From the NCBI GenBank assembly GCA_040954595.2, contig CM082577.2, forward strand, positions 310,001 to 374,000: DNA of 64,000 nucleotides, in the 5' to 3' direction. Source of the stretch: Balanoglossus misakiensis (taxonomy: Eukaryota > Animalia > Hemichordata). Below, piece after piece: positions 25,401-36,700 of this stretch; the first letter of the stretch is position 1, and every line of letters begins with the position of its first letter. A program made the position numbers and the translations under genes. The notes beneath the pieces are model-generated. The model was not told the origin of the DNA. It made no database searches and saw nothing but the letters and a program-made list of their open reading frames with translations.

Positions 25401-28400
25401 CTGAACGGAAATCTTTATTCTGTTTGGATTTCTGTTCCCTATAAGATGATTTCACACACAGAACTATTACATGTACGTATTTGCTGGAACGCTACTTTTG
25501 GGGGATATAAATTAAAATTCCAGAAATAATCGCACAAAAAAGTTGTCTTTTTATTTGTCTCACCTGAAATATTTCTCAATTCCAACAACCACTATTGTCA
25601 GATTTTTGTCCACATAGATATCCTTCGCAATCATAGCATATGCTCTGAGTTGCATTTCTGAACCAGATGAGTAATTCCCATACTGTTCCTGTAAATCAAT
25701 CAATCAATCAAACAGTACAGAATACAAGAAGTTTATAAATATTTAATGCAATCAATAATTCCTAGACTGGTAGAATGTTATCATATACATTTGTCATGTC
25801 ACCAGACACTCCAGAGAAATAAGGCATGCATTCAAAGGAACCATATACATGTACATGGAGGGGTTATCTCAGTGACAAAAACAAAACAATGATAATTTGA
25901 AGGTAACTTCACCTGTTTGTATGCATGTACCATTTCAACAAATTGTGCAGCTTGTAGGATGACCAAGAGCTCAGCCTCATCAACAGAAGAGGTTGAGATG
26001 GATGATGACTGCAATGGATACATACAAGTAGTTGATATTTGCCTATCATTGGTTTGGTACGACTACTACATCACTCCGAAGATTCATAAAATTTATATTT
26101 CAGTATCATTTCTGTGCTTGGATAATACTCAAGAGTCTTGATTTTTGTCTTGCTTTGTACACAATAACTATTCTCATTTTGTCATTCAATACCTGTGAAT
26201 CCTGAGAGTCAGACTGGAATGCTTCTCTCTGCCAAGTGATGGCGTTCTCAACGGTCTGAAGAGTCAGCGAGTACTTGAGTTCCTTGGCCTGTAGATGCAT
26301 CAAGACATCGGCTCCACCCTGGCCCTCTACCAGTCTCTGGTCTAGTATAGTGGTCACATACTGTATGAAATGCAAAGGACCAAACCATGGTGGTGAGAGG
26401 GATAAATCTTAGGAGTTTGTGTGACACAAGTTTCTAGATGTGGTAATCTCACCTTAATACATTCCTCTGGTCTTGTGACTTTCAGTACTTGTCTTTCAGC
26501 CTGTAAAAAAATTGTTGTTGACAGAAAAGAGATAGATTACCTCACCATTGTCTTTTTGTCAAACTTTTGTCATGTCAATTTATAGTAAAAGTCAACCCTT
26601 GAATCCAATCATATGATATTGTAAGTGGCCAGCAGTGGTTTTTGTAACAAGACATCTGATTGGTGGATAACATCAAGAGATGCACTATGGATAGATTTAG
26701 TGTTGGCTGGTCCTACTAACCAGCTTCACTACATACCCTTTTCCTGGCTATTTCTCTTTCTTTTTCCATTTTCTTTTCTTCTCTTTCTTTTATCTTCTGC
26801 ATCCGTTCTCTCTCCTTGAGGAGCTTCATCTCTTCTCTCTGTTGCTGCTTCTGAGTTTTCTCCTTCTCTTTTTCTTTTTTGCGCAGCTGTTGGGGGTGAG
26901 CGGAATATTCTTATTTAGAGAGTGTGATCAAATATTTTCTCTGCTTCACATCTAGCTGTGACACCCAGAGTGCCTGTAGTAGAGGAGTTGAGGGGCACCT
27001 GAAATACACTTGGACATGGAAATTCTCCACATTCAGTGCTTGGCATCCTCCCAGGGTGTGAGAAGTGAACATGCATGAATTCTAAACCCCCACAACCCAG
27101 TTGAAACAGAGAGAAATAATAATATATTCTCCCTTTTTACGCCAAAACACACTTATTTCTTGATCTTCTGGATGGAAAGCATTTGATCACTTACAAGTGC
27201 TATTCTCTTGGCTTCTTCAATTTGTTCCGGGGACCGCTTCGTTTTCTTCCGCATTGGAGATGACGTGTTATCACTAACCTCACTATCAATGTCTCTGCGG
27301 ATAGCGTTCGATTCCCTGTCGTCAAAATTTCTCCTTTTCATAAAACCCAGCCTTGACGGTGATGTCTCTGATGCACTGTTACTACGGAGACTACTTTGAC
27401 TCTCCAAATCAGGGTTTATTTCACTACCTAGACTCCCCAGGTAGCCGGGCAATTTTGAGTCATCGCCGCTTGCTTTTCCTTGCAGTCGCTGCTTGAGCCG
27501 ACTTGTCAGGGAGACTGGCATTTTATAATCGTCGTCTTCACTTGAACTTGAGATGCACCATGTTGGATGGGTCATGGTTTTCTTTACATTTGTTGATTTC
27601 TTACCAGACGCTGACTCTCCATGTTCTGCCAGCTTGTCAGTTACACTGCTGGGCTTGAAGTTGGTGCTTGAAAGACTAACACTGGACTCGTCATCTGAAC
27701 TTGAAATTGTCCATGATTGATAGGTGCTTAAGGTTGACTTGGATTTAGTCTTTTTCACACAAATATCACTCATTCTGTTGCTTTCCTTAGTAACTGTATT
27801 ATCAACTATTTTATATGTGCGTTCAACCTTTGATGTTGAAGCTACAATGTCCTGATCATCATCTGAACCCGAAACAGACAATTTTTTAGTGGAAACTTTA
27901 TCTTTCCTTTTACTTGGACGGAAATCAACATTTTCTTTTAAAGTGCATTTTTCCCTTGCAGGTAAAAAAAGCTGATCATCAGATTCATCACTGATTTCAA
28001 CAGGACTCTTTTGTCTATATCTGTTGCTGCCAGTTCCACCAACAGATTTGCATCTGCTACCTGTGACATCCACAATGCATTTGATGTCTTTGGAAATGTT
28101 GCTCACATTCCTGGTTGCAACTGTTTCCTGGAGATCGGTTTTCAGAACTTCCACGGATGTGGAACTTTTCTGTGAAGAGATAAAATCCACAGCAGGAAGA
28201 TCTATGTCACTGACTTCATCTGTGCTGCTCAATTCCTCAACTGTGACAGTGCCTGTGTTTCGTTCATCCATTACTGTATTCCTGTGTCTTTTTGCAAAAT
28301 TCCCGGTTTCGTACCATCTTTTGATTGGTCCTTCATCATCATCATCATTTTGATGGTCTATGAGTTCCTACACAGATAGACAACAATGATCTAAATTTAT

Positions 28401-28814
28401 ATTGACGACATAATAATTGCAAAATAAAAATCTGCCAACTTTTTTTTATAGTACACTACTTTCACTTTGAACTAGATTCAATATTAAAGGGACATTAGCT
28501 GTAACAGACAAGCATTGTGATGAATTTAAGTAATGGTGATGAAATTGCCACAGCCGGTAGAATCATGGACGTCCATGGTAGAATCAACCTGAAAATTAAT
28601 TCCTATTAAAAATATACACATGTCAATTTCACCAAGTGAAACTTACATCACAATCGAGAAGTCCGTCTAAAACATGGTTGATAGTGCGTTGCACATTGCA
28701 AGTTCTCGTCAGGTCTGCGCGAATCGCTTCCTTGGACGCATTTGGAACAATGGCCAGCACCTGGTTGATTTCGGCCTCGGTCGGGCTGTATGTATCGGAA
28801 ATGCCAATCTCCAT
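22424..28814 (-). CDS. EME1: Crossover junction endonuclease subunit EME1 (MUS81 partner; likely pro-ortholog of EME1/EME2), ~845 aa, 12 exons
   Basis: Exons 28814-28647, 28367-27195, 26886-26737, 26500-26453, 26360-26193, 26008-25913, 25688-25564, 25438-25309, 25193-25078, 24943-24754, 23495-23439, 22540-22424; 2538 nt, all GT-AG and in phase. EME1 hallmarks: [96 protein letters not shown]. Confidence 0.95.
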
Positions 28815-29181
28815 TGTTACAAAGTTATGCTAATTATCCCGAAATTATCACATCTTGAAATATTCTGAGAATGTTTGAATTCACCGCGACATTTCGACGT
28901 ACGCACTGCCATCAGTGAAGGTGTATTCTGAACAAAATATAGTCCCACTTTGTATGCGCAAATACTGACTCGAGTATCGTCTCTATTGTGAAAAATGAAG
29001 AAAAGAAGGTTTTTATGTTGTTAGTAGAGGACTTATAAATGTAATAAGTTAATCATTTGTTTGTGATGTAATTAAAAAGTTTAAGAATTCTTTTAAATAT
29101 TCATGCTCATTAGTGATAAGTCCATCAGTGACCTCCACGACCCGGAAGTATTTGCCGCAATGCTTTGATGGTGTCGGCAGC
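28815..29181. promoter_or_regulatory. Bidirectional promoter between EME1 and MRPL27
   Basis: Only 367 bp separate the divergent ATGs. ETS/GABP-type CCGGAAGT at 29142-29149, a motif typical of bidirectional housekeeping promoters. Confidence 0.7.
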
Positions 29182-30458
29182 ATGTTGCTGTGTACGCAGA
29201 TCACAACGAAACTATTCGCAGGATCCGCGAAATTAGGTAAGCCTGACTCCGATCTGCGGATATTTGATTGTGTCTATTACAGCACACAGCGTCAACTTGA
29301 TTGTGGAAAGGAGTATTGCCATGGTGATACGGGGGGGGAGGGGCTTCAGAGGGGTATGACTCTCTCACAGCTCTCCTTAGCATAGGTTTCAATTGTGTGG
29401 TGAAACTAGATTTTATTTTCAAGATGTTTAAGAGATCTTCTTCCAAAATGATGTGAATGACAGGTTACCACCAACAGCAATAATGCTTATGTCCTATTTC
29501 CTATTTTTTACAGGTTTACCTGCCACCTCCAACCCATTTTTCATCAGTGCAGCAATTTCAGTATGTGGAGTGAGGTGGGCTTCCAAGAAATCTGGAGGTT
29601 CATCCAAAAACCATGGTGGTAAGAGCCCGGGCCAAAAGCTTGGTATTAAAAAGAAGGAAGGTGAGTCAATTAGCACCATCTGTGGTGGTTCACGAAAATC
29701 TGATGAAAATTATCTCATCAAGTAAATTGGGTTAATATACAGACCCATTAATGTACCTCAAGGCTTATGTGAGTTATCATTCTGTTGAAGTGTTAATGTT
29801 CTTTTTTCCCTGTCTGCACTTCAAAGGTGAATATGTACAGAAAGGGATGATACTCGTCCGACAAAAGGGATTCAGATGGTTTCCAGGATCATTTGTAAGT
29901 AGAAATAGTGATAATCATGACACAACAAAGTAGTCTAGAGATGTTTGATGTGTTTGTTTGTGGCTGAGCAGTAGCTATGACTGAAAAGTTACAAATATCT
30001 GAAGGCAAGTTCCACAACTGTGCAAATGGGCCAATCACCTGTGTTGGAGAACGCCCCCACAGGCCAACATCAGCAATATTTTGTCTTTACTGAGTGCCAA
30101 ATGGCTATAATGGACATACTTGCATGGTGAATTATTCCAAATACCTAAATTTCTACAGTTTATAAAAAAATGATTATAAGCAACTTTTTTCTGGTCCTTG
30201 GTCAACAGGTTTTGTTGCTATTTTAATAATCTGTAACATTTTTCGTAATATCTGCAGGTGGGAATTGGAAGGGACAAGACTCTGTATGCACTTCAACCAG
30301 GAGTCGTCAAATACACACAAGAAAGGTGGCAACCCAAACTGACTCTCTGGGGGATGTATGTGGCGCCTACCCTGTCAGACGAGGAAATGAACAGACATTT
30401 TGTGCATGTGATACCAGAACCACAGATTGGAAAATTTAAACTGGTAGCACAAACGTAA
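29182..30458 (+). CDS. MRPL27: Mitochondrial large ribosomal subunit protein bL27m (~156 aa)
   Basis: Exons 29182-29236, 29514-29660, 29827-29894, 30258-30458 (phases 1,1,0). Presequence-like N-terminus then the L27 signature RWASKKSGGSSKN...[58 protein letters not shown] at 30652. Confidence 0.95.
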
Positions 30459-32102
30459 TTGAACAGACTCTTGGTGATTTTGCTTCTATGGCACCTGTAC
30501 AGATGCAGAACTAAATTAAATTTTTGGGGTGTTTAGTTACATCTGTAGACTTTCTTTTCTTAGTTCCGATATTTCTTAACAGGACAAAGTCACTCACTTA
30601 TGACAATTCAGAAAGTCAAAAACTTCAATGTGTGAACTGGAACTTTGATGAAATAAAAGAACATTTTTAAGAATTGTCACTTGTGTTTTATTGCCATTAT
30701 TTTTATTAAGTCAGCTACCATTTCAAATACCAAATATACAAACTCACATGTGAAAAATAGTTAACAGGATAAAAATGATTCAGCATCAGGTACACCTTAC
30801 AGTTCTTTCTCAATCAAGTTTTGTAGAGAATTTAGTTTTTAAAAAGGCACAGTTCACCAAAGGAAACTGGTTCGGAAAATATATATCTGAAATTCCAACA
30901 AGTGGTATGTGTGAAATTTGACCTTTCCGAACCTCGTTACATGGCAATCCGCCCGTAACTTGTGTGACAACGTCAATCTGCAAACTATATACAAATATTC
31001 ATTGTGTTGCCAGAACTGTGCGTCATAGATCAGTTTGACCTTAACTCAACACTTCGATACAGGCACAGTCGTATTCTTTGCTCTACTTCAGGAACATGAG
31101 GCATAAATCTTATGTACCACTACAAAACTCACATAAATGAACTCTTGGGGAAAATATACATATTCCATCCAATTTCCGTATCAACAATATTTACAAACCG
31201 GTCATAAATCAGGCACAATGTTCATTTGAGAGACGATTTTTCCCTGATAGACAGAGAAACACTAAGTGCTCTGAAGCCTACGATACAAATGAATACATTC
31301 ACAACATCATAAAATATTTACAGATCAAATAAATTCAACTTCATTTTATACAAAAAATTAAGAGTGACTGCTGTAAACTGAGCCAACTCCTGAGAAAGTT
31401 GTAATACTTTTATGGGTGAATCAAGCCTCCATGATATAGCCACCGAAATATCTTGTTTTTTGTGTGCAAACTCTAGAATTTGCAGTGACTTCATTTATTG
31501 CTGTCTATGATACTGTGGGGGTGTCAGTCTCAAAACTGTAAAAAACTGCTCTGGGTTGTTGTGACAATGATGCAACGTGTGCGCCACCAATTCTGTCAAA
31601 ATTGCCAGACACAAAGCCCAAGATAATTGCTGTGTGTCTGTTTCTATGTTAGTACACACAATTGTACCACACTGTGTCACTAAAGTTATTAGAAACCACT
31701 CAGTGTGCAACATTCAAAACTGTGGTTCAAGGGCTCTTTGTTATCAGTTGTGGTGTCACTGTGACCCCACAGTTTTGAATGGTCTAGCTGCTGTACACAA
31801 AATTCAGCAATGTGCAAATTACAAGTTCAACAATTGTAGAGATGTGGTTGCGATGAAAATGACTTCAAACCAGAGCTCAGTAAAAAAAATCTGTCATCAA
31901 AAGATACAATAAGAAAAAGTGGAGGGGGCATTTTATACAAACATTTACACAACATTTTGATCAAGAGGGACTTGTCATTGTTGATTGATGCTTAACACAC
32001 TGACCTGTGCTGTCATAATGTCCTATCCGGGGTCAGACACACCCATGGGATATCAAACGTGTTGAAAAACAAATGATACAACGTGGTGATATAGAATGGG
32101 AG

Positions 32103-32513
32103 TTAAAGGTGACTCAGCCTTGCACTATTTTTTTGCGGCCAGAAACAGTGGAAACAAGTGGGGGACAATATACTTCCACTTGTGTTGAAATGAACACGTA
32201 GTAAAATTTAAGTTACAAAATTAAAATGAACTAAAATCAAGTAACTAACCGAAATATACAGCTGTATCATCCAATGTTTTCTCGTGCTAAACTGTAAGTA
32301 TAAATTCGTAATTATAGCAAACTGTAACACACGCGTCTATCTGTCGACCACACCAAAACTACTTAGGACCGAGTGTTCTCATACTAGTGAGGAATGAACC
32401 TTGCATGATAAAGCCTAAAATCAGCCTATGTGCATAACAAATAAGGACACTTACAAGCTCAACTTTGCCCTACAACATCCGGAAGGCAAAAATCTCTTTG
32501 CAGTCAACTTTAA
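32103..32513. mobile_element. Possible ~400-bp non-autonomous DNA element (TTAA flanks, short imperfect terminal inverted repeats, Kolobok-like)
   Basis: Left end TTAAAGGTGACT, right end AGTCAACTTTAA (reverse complement TTAAAGTTGACT, 11/12 match). No coding capacity. Confidence 0.35.
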
Positions 32514-33745
32514 AGAACACAATGCAAAAAAATAAAATATAACAACCATCAAGTAAATGGAATACTGAGCCACCTGCAGTTGTATGCATTAAAAAACACA
32601 TGAACAGGTGCTGTAAATATGTCTTGATTTGAACACAATTACTGCCATAGAATAAAGAACCACATTAAAAAAACTTTCAAATAAAAACACACGATACACA
32701 TTGTATACAAGTGAAATCTGATTCCAGGTTAATTTTATGGAGGGAAAAAATTTACCGACCAAGAAACTGGAATTTATGCATCAAGTATGCAATCTAATAA
32801 TAAAGAATGTTATTACCTGTATGTCTATTGTTATAGGCATGTCCAGACATGCTTCAAAATTCAGCAGAACATGACAATACTACCAGCCTCAGGATATACT
32901 GAGCCAGTGATATTTCTTGGCGCACCAAATTTCTGATATATTTTACAGAAATATATTTTGAGAAACTACTGGGAATGCCATAAGCCCCTTCAATCAACTA
33001 TCGTTTTTCAGCAAGCACAATTAATTACAAATTTGCAGGGACCAATTTTCCAGTTCATTCTTCCATGTGATCACAGCTTTATTGTGTCAACCATTGAAAA
33101 AAGATTCTACTCATGGACTGACAGCCAATAGCATGGATACAGAAGCAGTTTTAGCAGTTGACCAAAATATATCAAGACTTGTGTGTGCCATGTAATAATA
33201 CCACCGTCAGAGTAATAAATAAGAGAGTAGGGTCCTATTCACAATCAACATGTACTTTACCCTCAGAGAACAATATACATTACAGTTTCAGCAAATTACA
33301 ATAGTGGGCTGATATGTCATTTATGAAAAATTCAGCACAACACCGGCCCTGACAAATAATACATTATTGCAGCCGTTTCCTTCTCTTTTTGAAATTCAGC
33401 ATGTGATAATCAACAACAGCCTCGTATGGTTTTATCATGCATCAATGATACCAGAATAGCCCCAAGTGTCTCGTGGTATACCAGCACTGTTTCAGAAATA
33501 GCATGCGCCATGATATGTAATTTCCCATCTCTGCAAAACAGGCAATGTCTTGTTTGACTCTCAGAATTGGTTTTGTGAATTAATACTTCATTTTTTGTTT
33601 TGTAAATAAAAATACTGATATGTAGTACTTTCCAGAATGGAATGTCAATGATCGTGTATAGAAAATTCACCATTGGAAAAAAGATCATCTTTATATTGTC
33701 TGCCCGGTGTTCCGATCAGACGCGTTGAAACGTGTCTCTTGAAGT

Positions 33746-36700
33746 TCAAGTACTGCCTCCTATAAGAGGCACATTTGGATGTGCTGTGTATGGTATAGCC
33801 TGGTCTGCACCCCATGCTGCTCCAGGCTCATCTGGAGGAGGCTTATTGGCCAGTTCTGCCTTCTTTTTGTGCCCTCTACCCTGGTCTGGGTCCAGCTCTT
33901 GAAGTCTGGCAAGAAGGAACTGTTTGTCACGTCCTTCCCTGAAAAGAACACAAAAATGGCCGCACTTAGAGAGTGGGATATGGAAGAAAAGACCAATTTA
34001 TTCCCACCAACTGTAAAAGAGGCTGCAAACAGTAGTGGAATTACTTTGTTCCTTATTTCAACTGGCAATTTGAGATCTTTGACCCCCACTGACAATTTTG
34101 CAACTAAAATCTATACAATATAAAAAAAAATATTGTCAGATGCCCGACCTGCGCATACACCCTCCACACCTTCGTCTGACCTGCAGGTATTTACAGTAAT
34201 TTATGACACAAACAATAAAAGTCAAGAAAGCTACTGTTCACGATTTAGTTCCCTGAGCTATTTTCTACACACAGAGACAAAATCTGATCAATCCTGATTC
34301 TTGCCACAGAAACCACAAAAACGCAAATTGAACATTTTGCAGATAATCATTACTGCCAGTCTTCCATGCAACAGGTTGAGATTAGCACAGGTGTGTGATA
34401 GTTAGCAGTGTTTTTTTTTAATATTCAGACTGTACCAGGCAGTCTCCTAAATCACCTGCAAATGTGAGAAGTTCAAATAAAGCTGTCACATGTCGTCTGG
34501 CAACCAGAGTATATACGGCCGAAACAGCACTCTGACAGATATTTGGCATCAGAACAGTAGTCGCCCGTCACGAAGCAAAGGTATTTGAGATCTGCAGACA
34601 GGATGCATGGCAAACAAAAATGTTCTGCTTAAGGTCCTCGTCAGAAAAGGAGATTGAAAGCAAAGTGACTTGTTTACTCACATGACCAGTTGTTCCTTCA
34701 GCCTGACAACCATGCCTCGGTGTGCGCTCGCAATGGAGTGGTAGTAATACAACGCCAGGCTATTGAACAAAAAAAACATAAATTATGTTAAAATCCTGAG
34801 ACAGCCAGAGCACATTCATCATAAGAAATCAAATTGAATTCTCAGAAATCAAAATTCTGGGGAACATTGGAAGTTTGTTAACAGCAGTCAAGAATCAGGA
34901 AGTATCACTTCTGTTGACTGCACCCATTGATTCATGCCATCAGAATTTTTTTCTTGAAGCGGTCAAGCACTGTATTTTTATATATAAAACGTTTGCATGA
35001 AACTAAGAAGTGTCTTATAAGAATCCCAGTACACACAGGGTATATGATAAATTTGGAAATCTTACTGATAAATTCAAATAATGAGTAAGGCTTTATTGGA
35101 GCTTTTAACATATCTTGGTCAATGACTGTACATACAGTCTGCAATGTTGACGCTTGTGGGTTTTTTTTTCATTCTTTATAATTATACAATATCACCACAG
35201 TAACTATTGCTTGGCAATGTTGGTGTATTCATAAATGCTTAAATATACCCATTAATGTGTATCACTCATGCAATATGAAAAAAAAAATCTCTTGACTAGG
35301 ACAACTGGTGGATTTCCATATGTACCCAGCAGTTTCTCTTTATACAATGTAACAAGTGCACAATCAATACATTCCTTTCCTGCATATTTACATAAATTTC
35401 TCTGGCCTATTTCAGTGAAACACGAACCTGTGTTTGAAAACCAACACACATTATAAGTGACTTAGGTATGTCCTGGCAACATTTATGCATTGTCTGCTAA
35501 CACAATCTGTTCCCCAGGTGAAATATTACAAATCGGACTTCGTTGACGTCACATTTCATTCAATGCTTTCTAAGCTGAGCTAAAGCTGATTACCTGCCTT
35601 GGGACAGACTTTGGTTTAAAAAACCCAGCATTAAATATTTGTATTTTCTGTCATGCTTGGGCTTTTTTATTGAATAATTTTGAAAGAAAAACTACAAATA
35701 AGCAAGTCCTAGGTAAGTTGATTCTACTGTAATACTGGTGTCTGAATTTCTTTTGGTGTTTCAACTTTAAAAAATGAGAAAAAATCTTGGTCAACTCACC
35801 ACAGAATGATCAGGAAAGGCACAGCAAAACCAGCTGAGAAAATGAAGTCGATTATGCCTTGTATCCATGAGGGCCAGCTATCCACTGTAACAGTCATGGT
35901 GTGCCACATGGTGGTTTGGTTACGGAATGGTCCACATGCTCTGGATGGCTCCATTCTGGGTGAAGAGAGGGACAAAATACACACAGTGGTGTTGAGTGAT
36001 GGTGTAAATCAGTAGGAGTCATCACCAGATATATTGTGGATTCTAGACTGTTATTCTTTTAATTTGGCGGCAAATAGGACAGCCAAAAAGATGTGGTATT
36101 TTGGATTAAAATCAGATCTACAGTGGATGTGACTGATGAAGGGACAAATACCATGCCTACAGTTGGGGGGGGGGGGGGGGGGGAGGTAAGCCAGACAACT
36201 TACTGAACCATACTGTATCCAATGGGAATCAAACACAACATGAAAGCAATGAGTAAAACTATCATGAAGAAGGAGTTCGATCTGGATGCCCGATAAGGCC
36301 TGGACGGTGGTAAGAAGTTGTAAATCAGACTCCACTTCTTCAGGTAGAAGAAAATGAAGGATTTCATGACACAGATTGATGGAAGCAGAGGACTGAAGAA
36401 GGCACCCAACCTGTGAATCAAGAACAGCATTGTCAAAATCTGATCACTACTCTCTCATGATTATCCATAAAAATGTTCAAAAGTGAATAACTGTTCTTGA
36501 ACCATTTTCAGGAATCTCATGGCCAATTGATGTTTTGATAATTCATGCAGAAGAGAATTATTGCTCTTGAGCCAACGTTTTCTAAACATTTCAATTTGTT
36601 ATATATTGGGAAGATTTTCATGTGAAATTTCTACATGGATAAATGTTCCTACTTCAAACAACAGTGTGTTGTTGAGTGCAACATATTATGATCTTTATTT

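Noticed and set aside
33760-34123. Overlapping 111-aa (-) and 114-aa (+) ORFs
   Set aside because: Off-frame or antisense to the true last TMC7-like exon (33938-33746).
36164-36183. Long G/C homopolymers (also ~2466, ~23050, ~59584) as possible G-quadruplex elements
   Set aside because: Simple intronic or intergenic mononucleotide runs with no positional pattern.
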